Source: Rhodothermales bacterium
Lineage (GTDB): Bacteria > Bacteroidota > Rhodothermia > Rhodothermales > VXPQ01
Direction of reading: 5' to 3'
Length of the DNA stretch: 17,027 bases
NCBI GenBank assembly: GCA_040904565.1
Contig: JBBDTI010000082.1
Span: forward strand, 1 to 17,027
Below, in pieces: positions 8,663 to 17,027 of this stretch (the first letter of the stretch is position 1; each line of letters begins with the position of its first letter). Under the pieces are notes generated by a model that saw nothing but the letters and a program-made list of their open reading frames with translations, made no database searches and was not told the origin of the DNA. Both the position numbers and the translations under genes were made by a program.

Positions 8663-9655
8663 CTACTTGACGCCCTTGCTCATCTCGAGCATGCGTTCGA
8701 TCGGTTTCAATGCGGCCACCCGCGTCTCCTCATCCATCGTAATCTCCGGCTCCTCGAACTGGAGGCAGAGATACAGTTTCTCGAGCGTATTGAGTCGCAT
8801 GTGCGGACACTGGCTGCAGCTGCAGCCGCTCTCGGGCGGTGCCGGGATAAACGTCTTGTTCGGATTATCCTTTCGCATCTGGTGGAGGATGCCCTCCTCC
8901 GTAGCCACGATGAACTCCGAGTTCGCACTCTCCGACGCGAACCGGCGAATGGAACTCGTGGAACCCACGTGGTCGGCGTGGCGCAAGACCACTTCCTCAC
9001 ATTCCGGATGCGCAAGCACCAGCGCGTCCGGGTGCCGCACCTTCAGGCGGAGGAGCTTCTGCTCGCTGAAGGTCTCGTGCACGATGCAGACCCCGTCCCA
9101 GACCACCATGTCCCGTCCCGTCTCCCGGATCAGGTAACGCCCCAGATTTCGATCCGGCGCGAAGATGATCGGCTGATCTTCGGGGATCTGCCCGATGATG
9201 TGCGCCGCGTTAGACGAGGTACAGATGATGTCGCTGAGTGCCTTGACACCCGCCGTACAGTTGATATAGGAAACCACGATGTGATCCGGATATTGCTCCT
9301 TGAACGCCGCGAGGTCCGGCGCCGGACACGAATCCGCCAGCGAGCATCCGGCATTCAGATCCGGAAGAATGACCTTCTTCGTGGGATTGAGGATCTTGGC
9401 CGTCTCCGCCATGAAGTGAACCCCGGCGAACACGATCAGGTCGGCGTTGGTGCCGGCCGCCTGCCTGGATAGACCCAGCGAGTCGCCGATGTAATCGGCA
9501 ATGTCCTGGATGTCCGGCTCCTGATAGTAATGTGCCAGAAGCACTGCATTCTTTTCGTGCTTCAGCCGCTCGATCTCTTCGAACAGATTGAGCGTGGGAT
9601 CCACCGGCTCATCGATAAAACCGACCTCGGGATCCAGTACGGGTATCTCAGCCAT
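8663..9655 (-). CDS. nadA: Quinolinate synthase
   Basis: [67 protein letters not shown]; the three Fe-S cysteines are present. Confidence 0.96.
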   Translation of the reverse strand: MAEIPVLDPEVGFIDEPVDPTLNLFEEIERLKHEKNAVLLAHYYQEPDIQDIADYIGDSLGLSRQAAGTNADLIVFAGVHFMAETAKILNPTKKVILPDLNAGCSLADSCPAPDLAAFKEQYPDHIVVSYINCTAGVKALSDIICTSSNAAHIIGQIPEDQPIIFAPDRNLGRYLIRETGRDMVVWDGVCIVHETFSEQKLLRLKVRHPDALVLAHPECEEVVLRHADHVGSTSSIRRFASESANSEFIVATEEGILHQMRKDNPNKTFIPAPPESGCSCSQCPHMRLNTLEKLYLCLQFEEPEITMDEETRVAALKPIERMLEMSKGVK

Positions 9656-9707
9656 ATCGAAACGTTAATCTGGGATAGTAACCTGGATTACTCTCGTCAC
9701 ATGCCTT

Positions 9708-9761
9708 AACAAGCGGCGCCCGCACGGGCACGCCAACAAGCGCCGCCCGCACCGGTACGCC
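9708..9761. repeat. Tandem direct repeat, 2 x 27 bp (24/27 identical)
   Basis: aacaagcggcgcccgcacgggcacgcc (9708-9734) is followed directly by aacaagcgccgcccgcaccggtacgcc (9735-9761). Confidence 0.85.
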
Positions 9762-9782
9762 TCTCTACTTCATACGATACCC

Positions 9783-9810
9783 CGGCCGGTACGTTCTCAC
9801 CTACCGGCCG
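9783..9810 (-). other. GC-rich stem-loop downstream of the lolD-like gene (possible terminator or 3' stabiliser)
   Basis: Perfect 9-bp inverted repeat cggccggta / taccggccg with a 10-nt loop, 20 nt past the stop codon. No U-tract follows. Confidence 0.45.
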
Positions 9811-9830
9811 CTCATCCAGGCTTGCCATAC

Positions 9831-10574
9831 TCACGCGTCCGTAGCCGTGGATAGATGCAGCACCCCGTCTTCGAGACGAAGGACGCGGTCCGCAATAGAC
9901 GCCAGCGACATGTTGTGGGTGACGATGACGAACGTGTGGCCGCGGCTGCGACTCAGCCGTAGGATTTCCTCGTGCATCCGCGCGGCGGTGCCGGTGTCAA
10001 GATTCCCCGTCGGCTCGTCGGCAAGCACGAGGCCGGGCTCGTTCATCAGCGCCCGGGCTACGGCGACGCGCTGCTGTTCGCCGCCCGACAGCTCGGAGGG
10101 CCGGTGGGAGGCACGGTCCTCCAGTCCCAGGGCATGCAGCAACTCTCCGGCACGCTCTCGTACGTCACGAAGCCGCCGGTGACCGATCAGCGCCGGCATA
10201 GCTACGTTTTCCAGCGCGGTGAATTCGGGCAAGAGGTGATGGAATTGAAAGATAAACCCGATTTCGCGATTACGGAACGCCGCGAGTTCCTCGTCTGACT
10301 TCCGAAACACGTCCTCTCCCCGGTAGCGGACCGTACCGGCATCCGGTCGATCGAGGGCCCCAAGCAGGTGGAGCAGCGTGCTCTTTCCCGTTCCGCTCTC
10401 ACCGACGACGGCCACGACTTCGCCAGGCCGTGCTTCAAACCGAAGGCCGCGGAGCACGTCCAGCGAACGCCCGCCTCCCGTCGGATAGCTTTTCCACAGG
10501 TCGTGCGCAGACAGAAGCGACTCCCGTCCACCTTCGATCTCCGCCGCTCTGCCCGATAGATCGTCAACGTCCAA
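9831..10574 (-). CDS. lolD: ABC transporter ATP-binding protein, LolD-like (lipoprotein release)
   Basis: Walker [31 protein letters not shown], signature [15 protein letters not shown], Walker [16 protein letters not shown] switch. TTG start lies 1 nt after the upstream stop. Confidence 0.8.
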   Translation of the reverse strand: MDVDDLSGRAAEIEGGRESLLSAHDLWKSYPTGGGRSLDVLRGLRFEARPGEVVAVVGESGTGKSTLLHLLGALDRPDAGTVRYRGEDVFRKSDEELAAFRNREIGFIFQFHHLLPEFTALENVAMPALIGHRRLRDVRERAGELLHALGLEDRASHRPSELSGGEQQRVAVARALMNEPGLVLADEPTGNLDTGTAARMHEEILRLSRSRGHTFVIVTHNMSLASIADRVLRLEDGVLHLSTATDA

Positions 10575-10575
10575 G

Positions 10576-11958
10576 CTACTCGGCGTCCTCTCGTTCGATA
10601 CCGTACTTGTTCATCTTGTTATAGAGATGGGAACGCTGGATGCCGATGGCCTCCGCCGTGCGGCTCACGTTCCACTCAAACTCGTCCAGCTTTCGCTCGA
10701 TAAAAATCTTCTCGGCCATATCTCGAAAATCGCCGAACTCGTCGTACTGCTCCAGCAGATTTACCATCGGATCGGCGGTTGAGGTGCCCGGCCGAACGTA
10801 CCGGTCCACGTCTTCACCTCGAATTTCGTCCCCGTCCGTCAACACGATCAGGCGTTCGACGACGTTCTGCAGCTCCCGCACGTTGCCCCGCCAGACATGC
10901 TTCTTGAGACGCTCGAGCGCTTCCTCGGTTAAATGTTTGTCCGGCGTCCCGTTCCGTTTCGCGAGGCGCTCGCAGAAATGGCGCGCGATCGTCGGGATGT
11001 CCTCCTTCCGCTCCTTCAGCGGCGGCACGTGAACGAGGATGACACTGATGCGGTGATAGAGATCTTCCCGGAATTCGCCCTCTTCGATACGCTCGAGCAG
11101 ATCCTTGTTCGTCGCGCAGATGACGCGTACGTCCACCGAGATGTTCTTGTCACCGCCGACGCGCTGGATCTTACTCTCCTGCAGCGCTCGGAGGACCTTT
11201 GCCTGCGCCGAGAGACTCATGTCACCGATCTCGTCGAGAAAAAGGGTTCCGCCGTCGGCCTGCTCGAACTTGCCGATGCGTTGCTTCGTGGCACCGGTGA
11301 ACGACCCCTTCTCATGACCGAAGAGTTCGCTTTCTATGAGCTCGCTCGGAATGGCCGCACAGTTGACCTCGATGACAGGTGCTTCCTTACGCGGCGATAG
11401 GTGATGAATCCACTTCGCGACAAGCTCTTTCCCCGTGCCGGGCTCGCCCGTAATCAATACGCGGGCTTCTGACGGCGCAACGCGCTCGATGGTCTCCTTG
11501 ATGCGGGTAATGGCCGGGCTCTCGCCCAGTATCGGCGTAAGCTCGCCCTCGAACTGCTCGATGGCCTGCCGCATGCGCCGGTTCGCTACCTCGAGCTCAC
11601 CTCGGTCCATCGCATTGCGGACCGTGACGAGCATCCGGTTCAGGTCCGGCGGCTTCTCGATAAAATCGAACGCGCCGAGCTTCGTCGCCTCCACGGCCGT
11701 CTCGATCGTCCCGTGCCCTGAAATCATGATGACGGGAAGATCCGGGATTTCGTCCCGCACCGTCTCCAGCACCTCCATGCCGTCCTGCTTGGGCATCTTG
11801 ACGTCCAGCATGACCACGTCGTACTGGTTCGCCCTCATTTTGTCGAGTGCCTCCTCGCCGTCGACCGCCTCGTCCACCTCGAAATCCTCATATTCGAGAA
11901 TCTCGCGCAGCGTTCTTCGAATGCTCGGCTCGTCGTCGACAACTAGGATCGTAGGCAT
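10576..11958 (-). CDS. Sigma-54-dependent response regulator (REC-AAA+-Fis HTH; NtrC/NtrX family)
   Basis: REC domain with D8/D9, phosphoacceptor D52 and FIEKP; AAA+ Walker [24 protein letters not shown], Walker [19 protein letters not shown]; C-terminal [23 protein letters not shown]. Confidence 0.93.
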   Translation of the reverse strand: MPTILVVDDEPSIRRTLREILEYEDFEVDEAVDGEEALDKMRANQYDVVMLDVKMPKQDGMEVLETVRDEIPDLPVIMISGHGTIETAVEATKLGAFDFIEKPPDLNRMLVTVRNAMDRGELEVANRRMRQAIEQFEGELTPILGESPAITRIKETIERVAPSEARVLITGEPGTGKELVAKWIHHLSPRKEAPVIEVNCAAIPSELIESELFGHEKGSFTGATKQRIGKFEQADGGTLFLDEIGDMSLSAQAKVLRALQESKIQRVGGDKNISVDVRVICATNKDLLERIEEGEFREDLYHRISVILVHVPPLKERKEDIPTIARHFCERLAKRNGTPDKHLTEEALERLKKHVWRGNVRELQNVVERLIVLTDGDEIRGEDVDRYVRPGTSTADPMVNLLEQYDEFGDFRDMAEKIFIERKLDEFEWNVSRTAEAIGIQRSHLYNKMNKYGIEREDAE

Positions 11959-11966
11959 ACTGTGGA

Positions 11967-12671
11967 CTAAGAGCTCTGCGCAGCGGATGCCCGAGCGACG
12001 TATACCTCGATATCGGAGGCCTGCTCGGAGTCGGGATAATCGTCGCGAACCGTCTCGTACTGCTCCACCGCTTCGCCATACAGGCCCGCCAGTTCGTAGG
12101 CTCGACCCGCCTTAAAGAGATATTCCGGCGTGGTCAGTTCGTTTTCGTAGTGGAAGGCGGCATCCCTGTAGAGGTCTCCGGCGCGCTCGTACTCCTCGCG
12201 CGTCTCGTGCACGGCTGCCTGTCCGGCCAGGGCGCTTGCCCCCAGGAAATCCCGCGGTTTATCGAACGACGCAAAATGCTCCAGGGCCCGATCGTATTCA
12301 CCGAGATTGAAGAGCGCGTCTGCCGCGTAGAAATGAGCCAGATTACCCGCTGACGTGCTTCCGTATTCATCTCCGATCTCGAGGAGCCCGAGTCGATCCG
12401 CCGTTCCGTCCAGCGCCTGCTGGAACTGCCCTTGCTCGTAGATCGGGATGATCCTGGCAAGCTCCGCCTCGGCCTCCGCGGCCAGGTTGTTCTGATATAC
12501 GACGTAGCCGATCAGCGCTGCAATCAGCAGCACGACACCAGCGGCGGCACCGTAAACGAGCTGTTTGTTCTCATCGACGAACTGCCACACCCTGGCATAG
12601 AGCGTGACGACTTTGTCCTCACGCAGTTCGTGCTTCTTTGAAATACTCTTGGGGGGATTCAGCGTCGACAT
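11967..12671 (-). CDS. Membrane-anchored tetratricopeptide repeat protein (YfgM-like architecture)
   Basis: Likely start MSTLNPPK (ATG 12671) rather than 12740. Charged N-terminus, one TM helix (LVYGAAAGVVLLIAALIGYVVY), then TPR-like helices (AHFYAADALFNLGEYDRALEHF; YLFKAGRAYELAGLYGEAVEQYE). Confidence 0.8.
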   Translation of the reverse strand: MSTLNPPKSISKKHELREDKVVTLYARVWQFVDENKQLVYGAAAGVVLLIAALIGYVVYQNNLAAEAEAELARIIPIYEQGQFQQALDGTADRLGLLEIGDEYGSTSAGNLAHFYAADALFNLGEYDRALEHFASFDKPRDFLGASALAGQAAVHETREEYERAGDLYRDAAFHYENELTTPEYLFKAGRAYELAGLYGEAVEQYETVRDDYPDSEQASDIEVYVARASAAQSS

Positions 12672-13011
12672 GGATTCGGATATGGAGTCATAAGAAACGG
12701 CGGCGCCGCCAATAGGGCGCAAAGCCCCCGGGACGCACAAAAGATATCTAGGATCGGAGATGGCGAATCCGATTGCAAGACGGAGATCCGCTTAAACGCT
12801 CGGACCATTTATCGTTTCCTCGAAAAGGGCTTCCGGAATGATCGCGCTCGCTTCTCGACACGATTTTCACCAAATTCGGCGCCGTTCTACTGGATCGCCG
12901 ACTGTCGCCGTCCGTTTATTCATTCTGCAATCGGAAAAGACATAACTTCGACGTGCTCCGGCTGCAGCAACCTGTCGCCTGGCTGCGTCGATCAATGACC
13001 TTCACCTAAAA

Positions 13012-13019
13012 TAAGGAGG
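13012..13019 (+). promoter_or_regulatory. Shine-Dalgarno site of gap
   Basis: TAAGGAGG ending 8 nt before the ATG at 13028. Confidence 0.85.
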
Positions 13020-13027
13020 ATTGTCAC

Positions 13028-14044
13028 ATGGCAATCAAGCTCGGAATCAATGGGTTCGGACGAATCGGGCGCCTCGTTTTTCGCTCTATTCTCGAACGCA
13101 ATCTGGACGGTTTCGACATCGTCGGCGTTAACGACCTGACGGACGCCGCCACGCTGGCCCACCTTCTCAAGTACGATTCCGTACACGGCCGTTTCCCCGG
13201 CGACGTCAGCGTAGAGGGGGATAACCTGGTCGTAAACGGCGAATCATTCAAGGTGTTATCCGAACGAGACCCGTCAAAGCTGCCCTGGGGCGACCTGGGC
13301 GTGGACGTCGTGGTTGAGTCCACCGGCATCTTCCGTACCAGAGAGAAAGCGGCACAGCATCTGAAAGCCGGTGCTCGCAAGGTAGTCATTTCGGCTCCTG
13401 CCAGCGGCGACATTGACGCAACCGTCGTTATCGGCGTCAACGACGACGAGCTGACGGGCGACGAGGAAGTCGTTTCGAACGCCAGTTGCACGACCAATTG
13501 CCTGGCGCCGATGGTCAAGGTGCTCGACGACGCGTTCGGCGTAAGCCACGGGTTCATGACCACGATTCATGCCTATACGGCCGATCAGCAGATCGTCGAC
13601 GGTCCGCACAAGGATCTTCGCCGCGCTCGCGCCGCCGCCGTATCGATCATTCCAACGACGACGGGCGCAGCGAAGGCGGTCGGACTCGTGCTGCCCCACC
13701 TTGCGGGCAAGCTCGACGGCATGGCGCTTCGCGTTCCGACGCCCGCCGGTTCGATTACGGATCTAACGGCGGAGCTCAAGAAAGACGTGACGGCCGAGCA
13801 GGTCAATGACGCGTTCCGCAAGGCGGCCGGCGGCGCGATGAAGGGCGTGCTCGAGTACAGTGAGGAACCGCTCGTTTCGGTGGATATACTCCACAACGAG
13901 CACTCCTGCATTCTCGACGCTCCCTCGACGATGGCCAACGGTAAGACCGTTAAGCTGGTGGGCTGGTACGACAACGAGTGGGGCTACTCCTGCCGTACGG
14001 CCGAGCTCGTGCAGAAGCTCATCGAGGTCGAGCAGTCTGCATAA
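13028..14044 (+). CDS. gap: Type I glyceraldehyde-3-phosphate dehydrogenase, probably NAD-dependent
   Basis: [14 protein letters not shown] (the Asp associated with NAD preference), catalytic [25 protein letters not shown]. Confidence 0.97.
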   Translation: MAIKLGINGFGRIGRLVFRSILERNLDGFDIVGVNDLTDAATLAHLLKYDSVHGRFPGDVSVEGDNLVVNGESFKVLSERDPSKLPWGDLGVDVVVESTGIFRTREKAAQHLKAGARKVVISAPASGDIDATVVIGVNDDELTGDEEVVSNASCTTNCLAPMVKVLDDAFGVSHGFMTTIHAYTADQQIVDGPHKDLRRARAAAVSIIPTTTGAAKAVGLVLPHLAGKLDGMALRVPTPAGSITDLTAELKKDVTAEQVNDAFRKAAGGAMKGVLEYSEEPLVSVDILHNEHSCILDAPSTMANGKTVKLVGWYDNEWGYSCRTAELVQKLIEVEQSA

Positions 14045-14065
14045 GACGCAACCTGTATGACGGAG

Positions 14066-14100
14066 ACGGGAGAGCGAAGCCGATTCGTTCTCCCGTTTTT
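14066..14100 (+). terminator. Intrinsic terminator between gap and pgk
   Basis: 13-bp stem acgggagagcgaa / ttcgttctcccgt (one G-U pair), 5-nt loop gccga, ending in a T5 run (14096-14100); begins 21 nt after the gap stop. Confidence 0.75.
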
Positions 14101-14164
14101 GTATGCCGACCTGGCGCATGCTCTCGAAGCGAACCGGCCCTTTCTATTTAACTGGATTCAACCC

Positions 14165-15346
14165 ATGACCAAGCTGACGCTTAACGACGTCGACGTGCGC
14201 GGCAAGCGCGTGCTCGTCCGGGTAGATTTTAACGTCCCTCTTCAAGACGGTGTAGTGGGAGACGATACGCGGATACGCGCCGCCCTCCCGACCATCCGCC
14301 ACATCATCGAACGCGACGGCAAAGTGATCCTGATGAGCCACCTGGGCCGTCCCAAAGGCGAGCCGGATGCCGCTCTGACGCTCGCACCGGTAGCGAAACA
14401 CCTTGAGAACGTGCTGGGAGAGCGCGTGCGTTTCGTAAGCAATATCACCGGCCCGGCCGTGCAGGAAGCCGTGGCCGAATTGCCGGACGGCGGCGTCATT
14501 CTGCTGGAGAATACCCGGTTCCACCCGGGTGAAAAGAAGAACGATCCCGCATTCGCAGCCGAGCTTGCATCGCTGGCCGACGTCTACGTGAACGATGCCT
14601 TCGGGGCGGCCCACCGGGCCCATGCCTCAACAGAGGGCGTCGCCCATCAGGTCGAGCAGGCCGCGATGGGACTCCTTCTCGAAAAGGAGATCGAGTATCT
14701 GTCGAAGCTGCTCGAAGCACCGGAGGCTCCCTACGTCGCCGTACTCGGCGGAGCCAAAGTGTCGGACAAGATCGGCATCATCCAGAACCTGCTCGATCGC
14801 GTCGATGCGGTGCTGATCGGGGGCGCGATGAGCTATACGTTCCTGAAAGCCCTGGGGCACGGTGTGGGCGACTCCCTCGTGGAGGAGGACAAGCTCGACG
14901 TGGCGAAAGAGCTCTACGAGCGGGCCGGGGGCAAGATCAAGCTGCCGTCAGACCACGTCGCAGCCAGGGCGTTCGATAATGACGCCGAGCACGGAACGGT
15001 CGAGGGCGACATCCCGCAGGGAGAGATGGGACTCGACATCGGCGCCGGATCCCTGGAGACCTATCGCGGGCTCATTGAATCGGCCAGGACCGTCGTTTGG
15101 AACGGTCCCATGGGCGTCTTCGAAATGGAGAACTTCTCCAAAGGCACCTTTGCCGTCGCCGAGGCACTGGCAGCCGCAACGGACAACGGTGCGCTGACGG
15201 TCGTCGGCGGCGGAGATTCCGTGGCGGCCATCACGGAGGCCGGCTACGAAGACCGCGTCAGTCACGTCTCGACGGGGGGCGGTGCCATGCTGGAATTCCT
15301 GGAAGGCAAGACGCTCCCCGGCGTCGCGGCGCTGTCTGAACGCTAG
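14165..15346 (+). CDS. pgk: Phosphoglycerate kinase
   Basis: Start MTKLTLNDV (ATG 14165). [62 protein letters not shown]. Confidence 0.97.
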   Translation: MTKLTLNDVDVRGKRVLVRVDFNVPLQDGVVGDDTRIRAALPTIRHIIERDGKVILMSHLGRPKGEPDAALTLAPVAKHLENVLGERVRFVSNITGPAVQEAVAELPDGGVILLENTRFHPGEKKNDPAFAAELASLADVYVNDAFGAAHRAHASTEGVAHQVEQAAMGLLLEKEIEYLSKLLEAPEAPYVAVLGGAKVSDKIGIIQNLLDRVDAVLIGGAMSYTFLKALGHGVGDSLVEEDKLDVAKELYERAGGKIKLPSDHVAARAFDNDAEHGTVEGDIPQGEMGLDIGAGSLETYRGLIESARTVVWNGPMGVFEMENFSKGTFAVAEALAAATDNGALTVVGGGDSVAAITEAGYEDRVSHVSTGGGAMLEFLEGKTLPGVAALSER

Positions 15347-15355
15347 TCTTGCACC

Positions 15356-16255
15356 GTGCCCATGGTCGTTTCGTCCTGCAGCGAGCTCGCCTTCTCGGCA
15401 ACCGACCAGCCACGTGTGCCGAGACCGGGGAACGTCCTGATGACGACGCCGGCGTATTTCGACGTGCAGTACGTGATCAACCCCCACATGGTCGGACATA
15501 TCGGCGACGTGGATGGGGCGGCGGCGCAGCGCCAGTGGCTCCGGCTGCGCCGCGCCTACGACGACCTCGGGTTCGCCGTCCACGTGCTCGACGGCGTGGA
15601 GGGTCTCTCCGACATGGTCTTCTGCGCCAATCAGACCCTTCCCGTCCCGGCTCGCGGCAGTCATGCCCCCCGCGTGGTCATGAGCCGCATGCACGCCGTG
15701 GAGCGGCGAGGGGAAGTCCCCCATTTCGAAGCCTTCTTCAGAAAAGCCGGTTACGCGGTCGTCCACCTGCCCGACGCCGTAGAAGGCGACTTCGAAGGCA
15801 TGGGCGACGGAATCTGGCATGTCGGACGCCGATTGCTCTGGGGCGGCTACGGCATTCGATCCGATCGATCCGTCTACGATGCGATCTCCGAGATGCTGGA
15901 CGTGCCCGTGATCGTGCTGCGGCTCGTCGACGACGACTTCTATCACCTGGATACCTGTTTCTGCACCCTCGACGAACGCACCGTCCTCATCTATCCGGGA
16001 GCCTTCGACGATGCGGGGATCGACCTGATCCGGACGGCGTTCGACCGCGTGATCGAAGCACCCGACAAAGAGGCGCGCCGGATGCTCGCCTGTAACGCGC
16101 ACTGCCCGGATGAACACCACGTACTCATTCAGTCCGGATCCTCCGTCACCGTCAATCGCCTTCGCCGCGCCGGCTTCGAGCCGGTAGAGGTCGATACGAG
16201 CGAATTTTTGAAGGCGGGCGGCTCCGTATTCTGTATGAAGCAGATGTTCTGGTGA
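15356..16255 (+). CDS. Amidinotransferase/pentein superfamily guanidino-modifying hydrolase (ArgZ-N/DDAH-like)
   Basis: YFDVQYVINPHM, DMVFCAN, RRGE, FEGMGD, FYHLDTCF, ACN, and EFLKAGGSVFCM with a C-terminal catalytic Cys. Start is GTG 15356 or ATG 15362. Confidence 0.85.
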   Translation: MPMVVSSCSELAFSATDQPRVPRPGNVLMTTPAYFDVQYVINPHMVGHIGDVDGAAAQRQWLRLRRAYDDLGFAVHVLDGVEGLSDMVFCANQTLPVPARGSHAPRVVMSRMHAVERRGEVPHFEAFFRKAGYAVVHLPDAVEGDFEGMGDGIWHVGRRLLWGGYGIRSDRSVYDAISEMLDVPVIVLRLVDDDFYHLDTCFCTLDERTVLIYPGAFDDAGIDLIRTAFDRVIEAPDKEARRMLACNAHCPDEHHVLIQSGSSVTVNRLRRAGFEPVEVDTSEFLKAGGSVFCMKQMFW

Positions 16256-16298
16256 AGGTAAAGGGGCCGTATTTCAACAGATTATTGAGTCTCACGGC

Positions 16299-16988
16299 GT
16301 GCGCCAGCTTATCAGCGTCATTATCCCGGCTCTCAACGAGGAAGACGGCATTCAGGCGACCCTCCGCTCGGTCACCTCACAGTCGGTAAAGCACGAAGCG
16401 ATCGTCGTCGACGGCGGCTCGACGGACGACACCGTGCGCCTGGCACGTCCGTACGCATCCGTTATTTCTGCTTCGCGCGGACGAGCGAAGCAAATGAATG
16501 CCGGAGCCCGGCAGGCCCGGGGAGACGTGCTGCTCTTCCTTCACGCCGACACCGTCCTGCAGTCCGGAGCCCTCGAGCAGATTCGCACGACGCTGAACGA
16601 CGAACGGTTCGACGGGGGAGCGTTCCGGCTCCGTTTCGATACGCCCACTCCGCTGCTCCGCCTCTACAGCCTCTGCACGCGGCTGCCGATACCGAAAATT
16701 TGTTTCGGAGACCGCGGCATCTTCGTTCGCAGCCGCGTCTTCGACGATCTCGGCGGATATCCCGACCTGCCGATGTTCGAAGACCTGGAGCTGGTACGCA
16801 TGCTCGCCGAACGGGACACCTTCGCCTTCCTCGACGAGTACGTGGTCACGTCGGCGCGCCGCTTCAGGCGCGTCGGGCCCCTCCGTCAGCAGCTTCGCAA
16901 CACCTATCTCTGGTTGCATTACGTGGCCGGTACGGATCCGCACGCCCTGACGCACCGATATCCGTACGGCGGCGATGCCGCATCCTGA
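16299..16988 (+). CDS. Family 2 glycosyltransferase, TIGR04283-like (rSAM/selenodomain- or arsenosugar-associated)
   Basis: ISVIIPALNEE, VVDGGSTDDT, GRAKQMNAGA, LLFLHADT, FGDRGIFV, FEDLE and TSARRF are characteristic of this subfamily. Confidence 0.85.
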   Translation: MRQLISVIIPALNEEDGIQATLRSVTSQSVKHEAIVVDGGSTDDTVRLARPYASVISASRGRAKQMNAGARQARGDVLLFLHADTVLQSGALEQIRTTLNDERFDGGAFRLRFDTPTPLLRLYSLCTRLPIPKICFGDRGIFVRSRVFDDLGGYPDLPMFEDLELVRMLAERDTFAFLDEYVVTSARRFRRVGPLRQQLRNTYLWLHYVAGTDPHALTHRYPYGGDAAS

Positions 16989-17027
16989 GCGGTCACGAAC
17001 GCCGACCGATCTCGCCTGCATCTCGCC

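Noticed and set aside
7317-9472. 330-aa (7317-8309, minus) and 315-aa (8525-9472, plus) ORFs
   Set aside because: Antisense shadows of the barrel/nth and nadA genes.
9708-9761. The tandem repeat as a CRISPR remnant
   Set aside because: Only two units, no spacer between them and no cas genes.
12672-12740. N-terminal extension of the TPR ORF to 12740
   Set aside because: Non-ATG start and an uninformative extension; ATG 12671 gives the expected architecture.
12761-12777. Sigma54-like promoter TGGCGAATCCGATTGCA upstream of gap
   Set aside because: The GG-to-GC spacing is 11 nt rather than the strictly required 10.
14057-14164. 36-aa N-terminal extension of pgk
   Set aside because: It runs through the terminator hairpin; PGK homology starts at ATG 14165.
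14948-16120. 390-aa minus-strand ORF and the 248-aa alternative-frame ORF at 15349-16095
   Set aside because: They overlap pgk and the amidinotransferase gene, have biased composition and show no motifs.
16266-16298. Weak hairpin (gccgt/acggc plus tcaa/ttga) before the glycosyltransferase start
   Set aside because: The stems are short and interrupted, as expected by chance.

Overview
GC-rich bacterial chromosomal window with 14 credible protein-coding genes. The gene set (T9SS sortase PorU, high GC, a strong Shine-Dalgarno before gap) suggests a Rhodothermota-like member of the FCB group; this is inference. Minus strand: porU, a small cluster (Lon N-domain-only protein, YtnP-like metallo-beta-lactamase, 97-aa HisKA-only protein), and a TPR protein / sigma54 response regulator / lolD-like ATPase cluster followed by nadA. 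Plus strand: an uncharacterised outer-membrane barrel-like gene with nth, then gap, pgk, an amidinotransferase-superfamily enzyme and a TIGR04283-like glycosyltransferase. I saw no rRNA, tRNA, CRISPR array or mobile element. The window is mostly housekeeping. Best leads: the catalytic-domain-less histidine phosphoacceptor protein and its cluster, a probable stand-alone ArgZ-type arginine dihydrolase where tpiA often sits, a 27-bp tandem repeat and palindrome in the nadA leader, and a 10-bp inverted repeat in the porU leader.
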